Source: Octopus vulgaris
Taxonomy: Eukaryota
Assembly (NCBI GenBank): GCA_951406725.2
Contig: OX597834.1
Coordinates: forward strand, 7,316,001-7,380,000
DNA length: 64,000 bases
Direction: 5' to 3'
Every line of letters starts with the position of its first letter. Position 1 is the first letter of the stretch. This document shows positions 14,048 to 27,477 of the stretch, one piece after another. The notes below the pieces were generated by a model, which saw only the letters and a list, made by a program, of their open reading frames with translations, was not told the origin of the DNA and made no database searches. The position numbers were made by a program, and so were the translations under genes.

Positions 14048-14298
14048 TGGTCGTATACTGTCAACTCAATGTGACAGTCCCGTAAGGGAATTACACCACC
14101 GCCATTTAGCTCTAGGAAACATCGACGTCTCCTGTCGGCTTTGACACATTTTCTGTGTCCTTATATTTGGAAAGGGGAGGCAATCACCCCCCTGCAAACC
14201 GGGACAAGGAGACATCGATGTTTCCTAGGGCTAAATGGCGGTGGTGTAATTACCTTACGGGACTGTCACATTGAGTTGACAGTATACGACCACTATAT
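14042..14298. repeat. Inverted repeat, ~90-bp arms, in (TA)n
   Basis: gtggtcgtatactgtcaactcaatgtgacagtcccgtaagg... (14042-14133) vs reverse complement at 14207-14298. Confidence 0.9.
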
Positions 14299-14385
14299 CG
14301 CTCCGCCACCGCTCATGTCTCTCTAATATTTCTAATATATATATATATATATATAATTTATATATATATATATATATATATAAAT

Positions 14386-14785
14386 TGTGTGGTAAGTAGC
14401 TTGTTTACCAACCACATGGTTCCGGGTTCAGTCCCACTGCATGGCACCTTGGGTAAGTGTCTTCTACTATAGCCTCGGGCCAACCAAAGCCTTGTGAGTG
14501 GATTTGGTAGGCGGAAACTGAAAGAAGCCCATCGTATATATGTATATATATATGTGTGTACGTGTATGTCTGTGTGTCTGTGTTTGTCCCCCTAGCATTG
14601 CTTGACAACCGATGCTGATGTGTTTATGTCCCCGTTACATAGCGGTTCGGCAAAAGGGACCGATAGAATAAGTACTGGGCTTACAAAGAATAAGTCCCGG
14701 GGTCGAGTTGCTCGACTAAAGGCGGTGCTCCAGCATGGCCGCAGTCAAATGACTGAAACAAGTAAAAGAGTAAAGAGTAAAAGAA
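14386..14785 (+). mobile_element. SINE family A
   Basis: Homology to 2919-3350. Confidence 0.9.
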
Positions 14786-15111
14786 TATATATGTTTATAT
14801 AAATAAGGATAAGATTGTTAATTTAAAATAAGATAACGAACTTATCAAGTGGTCAGCATGGAAAAAGTAACCTTCAAAGATAATAATTATTAAAATTATA
14901 AATTAGGGTATCTACGAGATACCACCATGCTGAAAATAGCAGCCATTAACCGACTCTAAAACCACCTTAAGTTTTCATATAGCAAAACGGAGAAAAGACA
15001 AAGAGACAAGATGAAAATAATATTACAACAAAAGAATGAACGAGACCATGATTTTATGTAAATAGAGGAATTTATCTATAAATATAATATGTGACAATGA
15101 GTTGGTTGTCA

Positions 15112-15174
15112 TAATAAAACTCAGAGTTTCAGATGGTGAGGCTGAAGTCTGCTCCAGCATCTCATCAGTTATTA
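15112..15174 (-). ncRNA. Type I hammerhead ribozyme
   Basis: Minus: taataa CTGATGA gatg...catc t GAAAC TCTGA GTT ttatta. 6-bp stem I, near-palindromic stem III. Confidence 0.72.
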
Positions 15175-15277
15175 AGACAAACAAACATGCTATGAAAAAA
15201 TCCGTTGAATAAAGAATAAAGGGAAATTGCTCCAATAGGTGTGGGGAAAGTAAAATTTCATTCACCCCCGCTCCATA

Positions 15278-15325
<48 letters not shown>

Positions 15326-15403
15326 CATACATACATACATTCATACATACATACATACATACATACATTCATACATACATACATACATACATACATACAT
15401 ACA

Positions 15404-15439
<36 letters not shown>

Positions 15440-15539
15440 TGCTCAACAGTTGTAAGGGAATATGTTGGATTTTTGCAGATAATGAATTTTCTATTGAATG
15501 CTATATCTCCATTTTCTTAATTTTCTTTTATGTACACAA

Positions 15540-15571
<32 letters not shown>

Positions 15572-16329
15572 ACACGGACATACAGAAACACACACAAACA
15601 CACACACACACGGACACACACACAAACTCTCTCTCACACACACATACTTACACTTATACATATATATATCAGGATTATCATGATCGTCATCATCATTTAA
15701 AATACATGTTCTACGCTGGCATGGATTGGATGCTTTAACAGGATCTGATGGATCCAAATACTTCATCCTCCTCCGAAGTCTGCTTCTATATGTTTTCGAA
15801 GGTGAATAAGTATCGACAGCTAGCAAGCCGTGACACTGCAGACAGATGAGGACCAATGACTCTGAAACCAGTCCCTGGATGCTGGCTTTGCAGGGTGGAT
15901 GTGCTTATCTCCCCTCTTTGAAAACCACAGGACACAGAACGCATGTGTCACATGGCTAACGGGAAACAGAGTTTCCTGAGGCTAAATAGTAGTACCATTT
16001 CCTCCTTTCCTGGGACTGCCATATTAAGTTGGCAACAAACCATCACTGTATATATATATATATAGGGATGGCATTATTAAAATACCATCACAAGTGGTAA
16101 GCGAATTATCAACCGTACAGGCAAATTAATAAAATATAAACATACAATATTAGATATGTACATATCTAATATTGTATTCATATATTTTATTACCACTTGT
16201 GATAGTATTTTAATAATACCATCCCTATATTTATATATAAATAATTTTACACATGTCGTTTGTTCCATTTCAAACGAACTTTTGCAGGCATGATGGTAGG
16301 GAATGTTAGTAGTAATTTATCTGGCGAAC

Positions 16330-16388
16330 TTTGCCTGATGAGAAATCAGGCACCTATTTGGCGCTAAATTTCGAAACCGGTACCAGGT
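16330..16388 (+). ncRNA. Type I hammerhead ribozyme (first stem I pair mismatched)
   Basis: tttgc CTGATGA gaaat...atttc GAAAC CG GTA ccagg. Perfect stem II base, palindromic ACCGGT stem III. Confidence 0.7.
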
Positions 16389-16431
16389 TGGCTAGCATTT
16401 ACTTATTCTGACCCATTTGAGGCAAGACATT

Positions 16432-16668
16432 TAAGGCGGCGAGCTGGCAGAAACGTGAGCACGCCGGGCGAAATACGTAGCCGTATTTCGTCTGCCGTTA
16501 CATTCTGAGTTCAAATTCCGCCGAGGTCGACTTTGCCTTTCATCCTTTCGGGGTCGATAAATTAAGTACCAGTTACGCACTGGGGTCGATGTAAACGACT
16601 TAATCCGTTTGTCTGTCCTTGTTTGTCCCCTCTGTGTTTGGCCCCTTGTGGGTGGTAAAGAAATAGGT
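16432..16668 (+). mobile_element. SINE family B, full length, TSD aagacatt
   Basis: TSD at 16424 and 16669. Confidence 0.92.
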
Positions 16669-16814
16669 AAGACATTATTGTTCACTGATATTTTTTCCTG
16701 TCTTGTCTGTAATAGATTTGTGACTATTCGGTGGTACAGAAGTATTTTTTACTTCTATCATTAGCGATATAGGTACTCGTGTAGCACCCTAGTGTATCTA
16801 TGTACGTATCTAAT

Positions 16815-16881
<67 letters not shown>

Positions 16882-17617
16882 ATGTATGTATACACATGCA
16901 TATACATATTTAGCATTTTACAGTCATTGGAAACTTGTGGTACTTTGTTCGATGCATTTTCTTTGTCATGACTATAAGAAGGATTTTCAGTTTATTTAAT
17001 TTCATGAAAGATTTGCGAATGGTTTCGTAGCATAACAGAACAATATTGTAACTGGATTATGTTCTACAACATTGTTTATTTTTATGATATATAAGTAACC
17101 ATAATAGATAAAAATTCTCAAAGTAGAAACGGTATGTATTTCTTCCTTTATACCTTTGCTGATATTCCAACTTCTCAAGAATCAAATTCTTTCAGTCAGA
17201 AAAGAGACAACTTCAAAAGAAATTATGCATTTCATAATTATATATACACTTTTAACAATGGTGTTATTTCCCAAATAACTAAAATTTCAACTATAAATAA
17301 ATTCTACCAGAAATAAACAGATGAATACATAAAGGAAAAGTGCATAAAATTTATAGGAATATAGGTGCTGGCATGTGTGGTAAGACGCTTGGTTCCCAAA
17401 CACATGGTTTGGGGTTCAGTCCTACTGTGTGGCATCTTGGGCAAGTGCCTTCTGCTATACCCACAGGTTGACCAAAGCCTTGTGAATAATAGGCAGAGAC
17501 TCAAAGGAACCAGTCATTTATATATACATACATATATATGTGTGTGTGTGTGTGTATGTATATATATAAATACATATATATATATGTATATATATATATA
17601 TTATACACACACACACA

Positions 17618-17677
<60 letters not shown>

Positions 17678-17864
17678 GCTCGTTGCTTAGTTTTTTCTTG
17701 GAGGGCTGGCCGTGATCTAGTAATCTCAAGATTAATCAGCCGAAATTACTACGATGATCCGGTTCTTGACTGAAGACTGAGGGTTTCGAATGTCCTGTCC
17801 GTGTTTATTGTATCGTCTTCTAAGAGTTATACGTTCTTGTCCATGTTGTATTTTTCTACATACC

Positions 17865-17915
<51 letters not shown>

Positions 17916-18108
17916 TTTACTCTTTTACTTGTTTCAGTCATTTGACTGTGGCCATGCTGGAACACCGCCTTTAGTCGAGCAAATCGACCCGAGGACTTAT
18001 TCTATTATATCGGTCTCTTTTGCCGAACCGCTAAGTTACGGAGACGCAAACACACCACCATCGGTTGTCAAGCGAAGTTGGGGGGACAAACACTGACACA
18101 CAAACATG

Positions 18109-18141
<33 letters not shown>

Positions 18142-18413
18142 TATATATGCTAATAATATTAGGGAGTATAACTCCGAAATTACATGGAAAAATTCAGTTT
18201 AGTATTAAATCACAGCATCTTAACAAGTACTGCTGTAAAGAGCGGAAGTGAAGTAGAACATTAAAACATAGTGCGCATACACAGCAGAGTTGAGAGACAG
18301 GTTTGAACAAATGGCTTCACTCTGCGTGCTTTGGCTTCGTTACCATGGCTACCATGATCAAACTTCGTACACACACACATATATGCATACGTACGTACAC
18401 ACACACATATATA

Positions 18414-18483
<70 letters not shown>

Positions 18484-18673
18484 TACATAAAAGTAAATAA
18501 ATGATACAACGAAGTATCGATATTTACTGGAAAATAGCGAACGTAATAAATACGACGCTAATGTATAGCTTCACTGCGTATGTACTAGTAAAGATGCGTG
18601 TGTGCAACAAACATGAAACATTGTCTTAACTCTAGGAAGAACATCTGAAAAATTAAAAACCTAGATAAGGATA

Positions 18674-18746
18674 ATGCAGGACCGGTTTCGGATTTTTCAA
18701 AATACGAATGCCAATCGTATAATTGATTTATCTTCATCAGCCACAT
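18674..18746 (-). ncRNA. Type I hammerhead ribozyme
   Basis: Minus: atgtgg CTGATGA agat...atcc GAAAC CG GTC ctgcat. 6-bp stem I with G-U pairs, GUC site. Confidence 0.78.
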
Positions 18747-18788
18747 ATACCATATATATATATATATCTATATATATGTATATATAAA

Positions 18789-18953
18789 CAAAATAAGCAA
18801 CAAGGATATTCAAGGTAGAGTAGTGCAATTGTTTCATGCTAAGATTGCTCGACATTTTAATAAAACTGATGTAATACTTACAGTGTTTAATAAAATGAAG
18901 TAGCATGAAACGATTGTACTACTCTACCTTGGATATCCTTATTGCTTATTTTG
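18789..18953. repeat. Inverted repeat, ~53-bp arms, next to (TA)n
   Basis: caaaataagcaacaaggatattcaaggtagagtagt...catgcta vs tagcatg...actactctaccttggatatccttattgcttattttg. Confidence 0.85.
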
Positions 18954-19244
18954 ATTATAATCACCCCATTTGATTTACATGGATAATACCATACAAAATT
19001 CTGGTACCTTTAACTTAAGTACCATATTCATCTGAATCTAAATTTTTCTGAACTTATATATATATATATATTTATGCATACGCGCGCGCGCGCGCACACA
19101 CACATATGTGGTGTATCTTCTTCTTCTTCTTCTGTTGTTCAAGGTTGAATATGTAGCCGTAAAAATAACTCTGAGGGGAGTGAACGCCAAAGGGAGTCGA
19201 TCACTCTGGAGGTGGTGAGAGTGGAGAACGTCATGGCGGCTAGC

Positions 19245-20354
19245 GAATTTTTTTTTCCCACGAGAGTTCCGGAAACCCGCCGTTATGAACTCATTTGCAT
19301 ACAGCCAATCAAAGCTCAACTATCAAACTAGTGTTCACCCAGTCACGAAAATAGTCTGATTTAGTGCAGTGAAAAATATGCGTTACAGCAAAATCTAACT
19401 GTTCTAAACGGGTTAATACGGGTGACAACAAATGTGAAATTTAGTTTATAAAGGGAATGGAGAACTGCTTACCGACGATGCCATAAGTATTGCCAATTTG
19501 CGTAATTTACCAGAAAATATAAATGAGTGAAGTTTCCTAAAATTTTGACTGATTTTGTACATTCCTAATTTAACATGTTGGTGTTGATCTGGGAACATCG
19601 TAATCAATATGGCGTTGTGTCGTATTGCGCCCTCCTTGCGTATATTAATAGGTACATGCAATATCACTAATCTCAGTCTGAGCATATGTACCGAATATTA
19701 GCTCCATATAGAGATGGTACTCAATAGATCTATGAGGATGATAAGGCGAATGTAGTGCTCATGTGAGACCTGCTATGCTGTATTCACAGAGTGATATACA
19801 CCATTCTATGCTGGGCTGGCTGTACTATAGTAGTACAGTCGAACCAATTCTACTATATGGCTCAGAAACCTGGACGTTATCAAAGAAGCTTGAGAGGCGG
19901 TTGGATGGAACTTACCCTCGCCTCCTTATGAGAGCTCAACATCTCTCGTAGAAGCGTCATCCAACCAAAATGCAAATATATGGGAAATTACCACCTGTAT
20001 CATCTCTTGTGAAAGGTAGAAGAGTCTTGTTTGCAGGACATTGTTGTAGAGCTGAAAATGAGGTAATTTCTACTCTTCTCCTCTGGAAGCCATCTGCTCG
20101 CGATACAAGAGGGTGCACACTCTACTACCCTGTTGTAATCTTCAGGGATACAGGCATCCAGCAACAGGACCTCCGTAATGCTATGATGGACCGTGAAGTC
20201 TGGCGTAACAGTAAATTCCATTGTCTCGACCACGGTCGAACAACGATGATGATGATAGTAGTACACAGTATGCGGATTTTCAAGGTGAGCTCTGATTGGC
20301 TGTATGCAAATGAGTTCATTACTGGGGTCCGGAACTCTCGTCGGAAAAAAATTC
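19245..20354. mobile_element. Element bounded by ~75-bp inverted repeats (19245-19320 / 20283-20354) hosting the RTE insertion
   Basis: cgagagttccgga..ccc..atgaactcatttgcatacagccaatca vs tgattggctgtatgcaaatgagttcat..ccggaactctcg. Confidence 0.6.
19838..20254 (+). mobile_element. 5'-truncated RTE-clade LINE 3' end
   Basis: VEPILLYGSETWTL...RR..FAGHCCR...LLLWKP...AMMDREVWR, (GAT)n tail, 11-bp TSD atagtagtaca at 19827 and 20255. Confidence 0.9.
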
Positions 20355-21036
20355 ACTGGCAGCTCTGATGTCTACAACACGCTGCGAAATTGGCGGCAAA
20401 TTTTACTATATTTATGGACGGTATTCACGGAAAGTGTAGACGAGACACTGAACTATCATGTGAACAACAATCATTGATTAGATAATAGTTGGGTTTTGCG
20501 CGCATGATCGGAATGTGGTTTCTTTGTGTCGAAACGTGAAATCGAATCCAATTGTTGTATGCGTAAGGCTTTGATCAACTTGTGTCTGTTCTAGAAACCA
20601 CTTCCTCAGCCGTTGCGCAGCGGCATCAACCTCAAAGTCACGTAGCTGTGAAGTGTACTTGTTAATAAAGCAAAGCTTGTGATATAGATACTTTCTGAAG
20701 ATGTCAAAAGAGTGAGATTGGGTGACGAATGTTAATGTTGAGGTTGAATTATTAACTGACTTTTGGCGAATGTAAAGGAAGCCAAAGTGTGCTGAGTTTG
20801 GAACGGTGAGCTTATTGTATATTTAAACATGAAAAGGTTCCCAGGGACAAAAACATCAAAATATTACGTAAATGAGATATTAGCGAATCTATGAAGGTGG
20901 ATAAAGCTAAAAGGGCTATTCTGATGTGGTCGTTTGATCTGCTAGAAATAAAGGCCAAATCTTTCTTAAATTATACTCTGCTCTCTTAAAAGCGAAAGGA
21001 TACAGTGGATAATGTAGTCCACTGAATGAAAAAGAG

Positions 21037-21101
<65 letters not shown>

Positions 21102-21256
21102 AAAAAAAGACAGGATGATCACAGCTGGAATGTCTTTGATCATTGGTCTGTCTAATCAGGACAGCAACAACAACAATTTTATCATCACCATTATCATTAT
21201 CATCATCGTCGTCGTCGTTGTCATCACCATCAACAACAACAGCAACAACAGCAGCT

Positions 21257-21288
<32 letters not shown>

Positions 21289-21539
21289 AGCAGCAACAAT
21301 GAGAGTGAGTAATATCGATGATGAAAGAAGAATATAAAAATCAATCAGAACACAATCAGCAGAGGAGAAAAATATTATAATTCTAAATGAACAATATCTA
21401 AGGGAAATGATGGAAGAAGCGAGCTGGAAGAAATCAAAAGATAAACTTCCAAGAAGTGAGAAAAACCGAACATTTAATTATTATATTGGCAGCAGAAGAA
21501 AAGCTGATTAGACGAAACTAAATTGAGTCTAGTTATGAA

Positions 21540-21680
21540 TAGATGGAATGCATGCTTGAACGTGGTAAATGTGGAAATATGGGTAGATAGAGACGAAGCG
21601 ATTAACCATTCGATTAGTGAATAGGGTAGACTGGCTGACAGAGATTATGAAAGAACAGAGGATTCGAGGGTGAACAATGT
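21540..21680 (+). pseudogene. Very degenerate R4/Dong-like LINE zinc-knuckle relic
   Basis: KCG...DEAINHSISE*GRLADRDYER resembles C..C...ET..HI.SEC..LA..EY..R. Confidence 0.4.
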
Positions 21681-22127
21681 AAGAAATATAATATCAATGT
21701 AGAGACAAAAGTATGAAGATTGGCCAGGAATAATAACAAAGAGTACCGAAACTATAAATTTCAACAGATCTTTCTGTTATTGATTTCTTTTATATCTTTT
21801 TATACTGTTTTTACTGTTTTTGAGTCACTGGACTTGCGGTCATAGCGGAGGTGGGGGTGGGTGGGGGTGGGGGTTTGGGTGGGTTGGGACGGCCACTGTC
21901 TTTAAGAATCTTTGGTTTGAATTGATCGACTTCCATTTCTGGTTCATTCTGGTACTTAGTTTATTGACCTTTAATTTATTGAAACGCTAAGTTTATAGAC
22001 AGGAAGGGGACCAGGAAAAAAATGACGTAAGCTCAACGCTTCTTTTTAAACGGGTGTAAAATTAGTTAGGGGCACTTACTTTGCTCCCTCAAAAATACAT
22101 ATACAGCTATAAAGGTAAGCATATAAA

Positions 22128-22357
22128 GGGCGGCGAGCTGGCAGAATCGTTAGCACGCCGGGCGAAATGCTCAGTAGTATTTCATCTGTCGCTACGTTCT
22201 GAGTTCAAATTCCGCCGAGGTCGACTTTGCCTTTCATCCTTCCGGGGTCGATAAAGAAAGTACCAGTTACGCACTTGGGTCGATTTAATCGACTCAATCC
22301 CTTTGTCTGTCTTTGTTTGTCCCCTCTATGTTTAGGCTCTTGTGGGCAATAAAGAAA
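22128..22357 (+). mobile_element. SINE family B
   Basis: Homology to 16433-16668. Confidence 0.9.
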
Positions 22358-22648
22358 TATATAAGTGTGTGTGTGTGAGTGCGAGCCTCTGTGTGAGTGT
22401 GTATGTATGTATGTGTGTGTGTGTGTGTGTGTGTGCGTGCGCGCGTATGTTGATGTTCTTGTGTGTGTAATCTTGTGGTTTCATCTCTTGATATAGGATT
22501 TGGGGCGCTGAATGACATACAGCACGTGTAGGGCATTTTTGAGCCTCGCAAGGTCATCCCTCTGCTAGTCTGATCACAGCTGATTTCTTCCAGAAATAGA
22601 GAAAGAAACAGTCTGGCAGATACATAGATAGATGGACAGACAGAAATA

Positions 22649-22691
<43 letters not shown>

Positions 22692-23292
22692 TGGCTACCC
22701 CAGGACAGGATTGGGGTTTGTCGGTACTGGAAGAAGGAAGGGCGAAATTGACGTCAGCATTATTTAACCGAGGGAGTATAGAGCTGGAAGGAATAATGCC
22801 AAGCAATCTATTCGACGTTCAGCTATCTCGGTTAACTTGCCATCTCAATCTATGTATTCAAGACTCTGCCTCTAAGCATATATTGAATTGCATGCCTGCG
22901 TTATTTTGCCTGTCTCTTACTATTAGAATCCCTACATCGGTTTGTAAGAGACGAACATTAATGCAGGCATGCATTAATGCTTGTCTCTTCCTATTAGAAT
23001 CCCTTCATCGGTTTTATGGGAGCCTACCAATAACTTGAAATGATATTGTTGAGCAAATTCAACAGGATGGTCGGGCTCAATTTGACGATTTATAAGTCTC
23101 CTTTTTCCAGAAACAGCTTGATGACTTGGTGAACAGTCAACAGCGTTGGAGAGCATGGAGAATGAAGTAGTTATTGTTATCACGATAATTGGCGCTGGGT
23201 TTCAAAATGCCGACATCCATGACTGCCGTAAAGGGTGTAGCATGTGACATGGACTTCACGGAAGCCAAATAACCCCATTACCCCAAATTTTG

Positions 23293-23740
23293 ATGGTCTT
23301 TGGGTGTGTCCCCAGTGAGGGTGATGTTATGCCACCTCACATCTTTGAACAGGGCCTTATGCTCATTTCAGAGAGCTATGTGAAGCTGCTGGAGGCTGTA
23401 ATCAAACCCTGACTGGAGAGAGTTGCTGCTGGATGGCCATATGCGCAACAGCAGGATTCATCTTCCTTGTCATACATCTGAAAAGAGTCAGAAGTGGTTG
23501 TCGGAGAATTTCTACGACTTCGTCAGCCCAATTTCTGACCTCCAAATTCTTCTCGATTGCAGTACCATGGATTACTGTGAAATTCAGGGCGCAATTAAGA
23601 AAGACAGTAACTTTTCTTCCTGCAACACCAAGGCCGAGTAGGCGGCCAAGATAGGAGGTATTCGAAGATCTTCCCAGGAACACAATGAGGAACGCATGCC
23701 TCAGGTTCCCGAGGCCGTGGTGGCAACGAAAGGTAATTGC
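23293..23740 (+). pseudogene. Tc1/mariner-superfamily (maT/DD37D-like) transposase relic
   Basis: MVFGCV.SEGDVMPPHIFEQGL...YVKLL...QQDS..CHTS..SQKWL.ENF...PPNS.DC..MDY, with frameshifts and stops. Confidence 0.8.
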
Positions 23741-23752
23741 TGTTGCTGTTAC

Positions 23753-23870
23753 TCTTCTTCTTCTTCTTCTTCTTCTTCTTCTTCTTCTTCTTCTTCTTCT
23801 TCTTCTTCTTCTTCTTCTTCTTCTTCTTCACCTTCTCCTCCTTCTTCTTCACCTTCTTCTTCTTCTTCTT
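23753..23870. repeat. (CTT)n microsatellite
   Basis: Direct reading. Confidence 0.95.
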
Positions 23871-23894
23871 TGAGTAAACTGTTACCTACAACTT

Positions 23895-24138
23895 GTTCAA
23901 CGAAACGCGGGCCTATGGACCCTTTGATTCTTATTTTACTCGGATGGACTCTCTTAGCAATTTGACGTTTCAAAAATCCTATATTTTTAGAATTGAATAT
24001 TGTCAGGAATTGTATCATAAAATTGCTAAAAAATTTTGTACATTGTAGAAGTATAACCAAATTATTGCAGATAAATTTTAACAATAAAATCTCATATGGA
24101 TCCGCAAGTGTCACGTGGACTCCGGTTGGGAACCACTG
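23895..24138. mobile_element. Possible hAT-like MITE relic
   Basis: Ends in ggttgggaaccactg (CAGTGGTTCCCAACC-type terminus); left end degenerate. Confidence 0.35.
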
Positions 24139-25527
24139 ATCTTGTTGATATTTAAAAAATTTTATTTTTGGCTGAGATATTGGGTTTTCTTTTTCTTTCA
24201 TCATGCACACTGTCCAATTTAGCCTGAACACCCAGGAGAGACTTAATCCCCATTCAGGGAGATTTACTAACTGTAATTATTGTAATGGCATCCTCCAAAT
24301 CTGTACTTAACGTAACGATCTCAATCTAAATTTAAACCGTTAATCACCTAAGCTGACCAGATTATCAAACTGGTAACCACGCTCAAACTGATATAAGGAC
24401 ATACGAATCAATAAGTCGTAAAAAGTGTAGAGTTTGTGGTAGTTGCATTAGGTGGCATCACTTAGCATCCATATGATTAGATGGAACCGTGTCTCACTAA
24501 TTGGTAAAACTGCTTCATCTCCCTTGAACGGCATCGATGTATTCTTCATCCCCCGATGACGAAAATATTAATAAAATTAACATATACTTTAGTATTTTAA
24601 TGCAGCTTCATAATTACTGGCCATTATCTGATTAATCTGATTAACAATGCATTATCTGATTAGGGGAGTTCAACTTTTGGAAGGAGCTACTTAAAAGGCT
24701 TAGCATTCATCATTATGCAGGCCATTTGATACGAATTTAAGAATTTCTTGCTACGGTTCTGCTATCAATACATGTTCGTTATTGTAAAATTCTCCCTATT
24801 TAGTTCTTCCCCATTGTAATACACCCCCTTTTTGTAGCTTTTGAGACAATAAAATACAAATTTAACAAGGATCAACTTTACCGTTCATTCCTCCGAGGCC
24901 TATAAAATTGTGCTCCAATCAAGCACTAAAGTCCATTTTATCGTGTTTCGATGTTTATGCCCTCCTTCTGCCCAATGTCGAACCTGTTATTATTATTCAG
25001 TCAGCATTGACAGGTGACAGAGGAGTTTTTGTGTTCACGTGAATTAATTTTGAAAATTACCAGATTATTTCCCGATTGAGCTTAAAGTTCTTATTTCAAA
25101 ATTTATCGTAGTCGACATTAGGCATGGTTGTGGTTAAGAAACTTGCTTGCGAACCATGTGGACTCGGGTTCAGTCCCACCGTGTGACCCTTTGGACAAGT
25201 ATTTTCTATTATGTCTGTGAATTAATTGACAGGTGACAGAGTTTTTGTGTTCACGTGAATTAATTTTGAAAATTACCAGGTTATTTCCCGATTGAGCTTA
25301 AAGTTCTTATTTCAAAATTTATTGTACTCCACATTAGGCATGGTTGTGGTTAAGAAACTTGCTTGCCAAACCATGTGGACTCGGGTTCAGTTCCACCGTG
25401 TGACCCTTTGGACAAGTGATTTCTATTATAGTCCCTGGTCGACCCAAACCCTGGTGAGTGGCTTTGGTAGACAAAAATGAAAGAAGCTTGACGTATACAT
25501 ACACATTTATATCCTTTTTATTTTATT

Positions 25528-25976
25528 CCTTTACTTGTTTCAGTCATTTGACTGGGACCATGCTGGAGCACCGCCTTTTAGTCGAAGAAATCGACCTCTG
25601 GACGTATTCTTCGTAAGCCTGCTAGGTATTCTATCATTCTCTTCTGCTAGTTTACGGGGACGTAACCACACCAACATCGATTATCAAGTGATGGTGGTGG
25701 TGGGGACTTACACAGACTCAAAGACACATAAATGCATACATATATATAAATATATACTCTTTTACTCTTTTACTTGTTTCAGTCATTTGACTGCGGCCAT
25801 GCTGGAGCACCGCCTTTAATCGAGCAACTCGACCTCGGGACTTATTCTTTTTGTAAGCCCAGTACTTTTTCTATCGGTCCCTTTTGCCGAACCGCTAAGT
25901 AACGGGGACATAAACACACCAGCATCGGTTGTCAAGCAATGCTAGGGGGACAAACACAGACACACAAACACACATG

Positions 25977-26043
<67 letters not shown>

Positions 26044-26130
26044 ATATACACATATATACGATGGGCTTCTTTTCAGTTTCCGTCAACCAAATCCACTCAC
26101 AAGGCTGTGGTCGGCCTGAGGCTATAGTAG
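25528..26130 (-). mobile_element. Two partial SINE family A copies
   Basis: Two ttttacttgtttcagtcatttgactg starts (~25530, ~25768). Confidence 0.85.
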
Positions 26131-26969
26131 ACTTTTGACCAGGTGCGCGTGTGCGCGTGCTTGTGTGTGTGTGTGTGTGTGGGCGTGTGTGTATGACGTG
26201 ATCGACCAGACTATCGGATGCTGTTATACATCGCCGGTCACAATGCGCTTCGCATTGTTTTAACCATACGAATGACTCTACACAACTGGTTAAGCGATCA
26301 ACCCAGCATTTCCCTTTGTAGGAAGACTATTTCATTGCAGTTTTACCCACGGGAAGTGAAATGTTTTGCTTAAGAGCACAACGTGGCTATCGTGACTGCA
26401 ACACAATGTGAGATACAGCGTGACACAGAATGTGACAATGCGGCTGACCCTTTGAGATACAGGTACTGCTCATTTTCACCAGCTGAGTGAAATGAAGCAA
26501 CGTGAAATAAAATGTCTTGCTCAAGGACAGATTGTGCCGTAGGGAATCGAACTCACGACCATATGGTCGTGAGCCAAATACGCTAACCACTAAGCTATGC
26601 GTCCTCACGTCGTGAAATATAGCATACAGATTTAGGATTTAACTTTTATCAAATCACTTATACAAAATCATGAAACGAATACTAATTTTCGAAAGAAAAA
26701 TGTTTATTGTCTGAAATCAAAATTAAATGAGACAAATTCCTTATTTGTTTATTTGCATTAAATATGTACTAATGATTTTTGTCAACAGAATCACGAATTC
26801 TATTCAATCTAAAATTTATCTCTGCAAAATTTCGTAAAAAGTTATGAATTTTTCAGAAAGTTATGAGAATCCAAACAGGTAGCGGAACACCACTTGTTAA
26901 GCCGGTGTCTCTGTGTTTGTCTCTCTCTTTCTTTCTCTGTTTTACTACCTCTCTTTCTTTATCTGTCTG

Positions 26970-27016
<47 letters not shown>

Positions 27017-27023
27017 GTTGCTG

Positions 27024-27082
<59 letters not shown>

Positions 27083-27133
27083 AATTTGTTTCGTATGATT
27101 CTTGGACAAAGGATAACCAGCCTCTAGTCTAAC

Positions 27134-27174
<41 letters not shown>

Positions 27175-27276
27175 GTGTGTGCGTGCGCGTGCGTGTGTGT
27201 GTGTGTAACTAAGTGAAGTTGTAAGGTACCGCACGAGTGAAAGAAGGTTTGAAAATGCAATTTTAAAAGATGTTTA

Positions 27277-27324
27277 TTCACTTGACTGGTTTCACTTTTT
27301 TAGAAAACGATTGTCAAAAGTAAA
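27277..27324 (-). ncRNA. Hammerhead variant with U3-A8 core (UUGACAA)
   Basis: Minus: tttactt TTGACAA tcgtttt..aaaaagt GAAAC CA GTC aagtgaa. 7-bp stem I, weak stem II. Confidence 0.55.
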
Positions 27325-27477
27325 ATGTAAAAGCTTTGTTGTGTTAAGTATTGGTTGTCACAAAATATTACAATACATATATACATTCTTTTATAATAAT
27401 AAGAAAATGTTAAAAACAGTTTACAAGGAAAAATCTTGAGAAAATATTAAAAAGTTCATTAAAAATATTAAGATTTC

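Larger units (their letters stand above)
16064..16820 (+). mobile_element. HHR element with 5' palindrome (16064-16224), terminal redundancy and nested SINE
   Basis: gggatggcattattaaaatacc...atgtacat...gtattttaataataccatccc hairpin. tatgtacRtatctaatattgtat at 16155 and 16799. (TA)n on both sides. Confidence 0.7.

Noticed and set aside
17690-17800. Possible HHR (ggctg...cagcc GAAA; also ctgaaga at ~17770) in a TA-flanked insert
   Set aside because: Core and stem I/III could not be assembled. The tail resembles 59830-59925, so it may still belong to the system.
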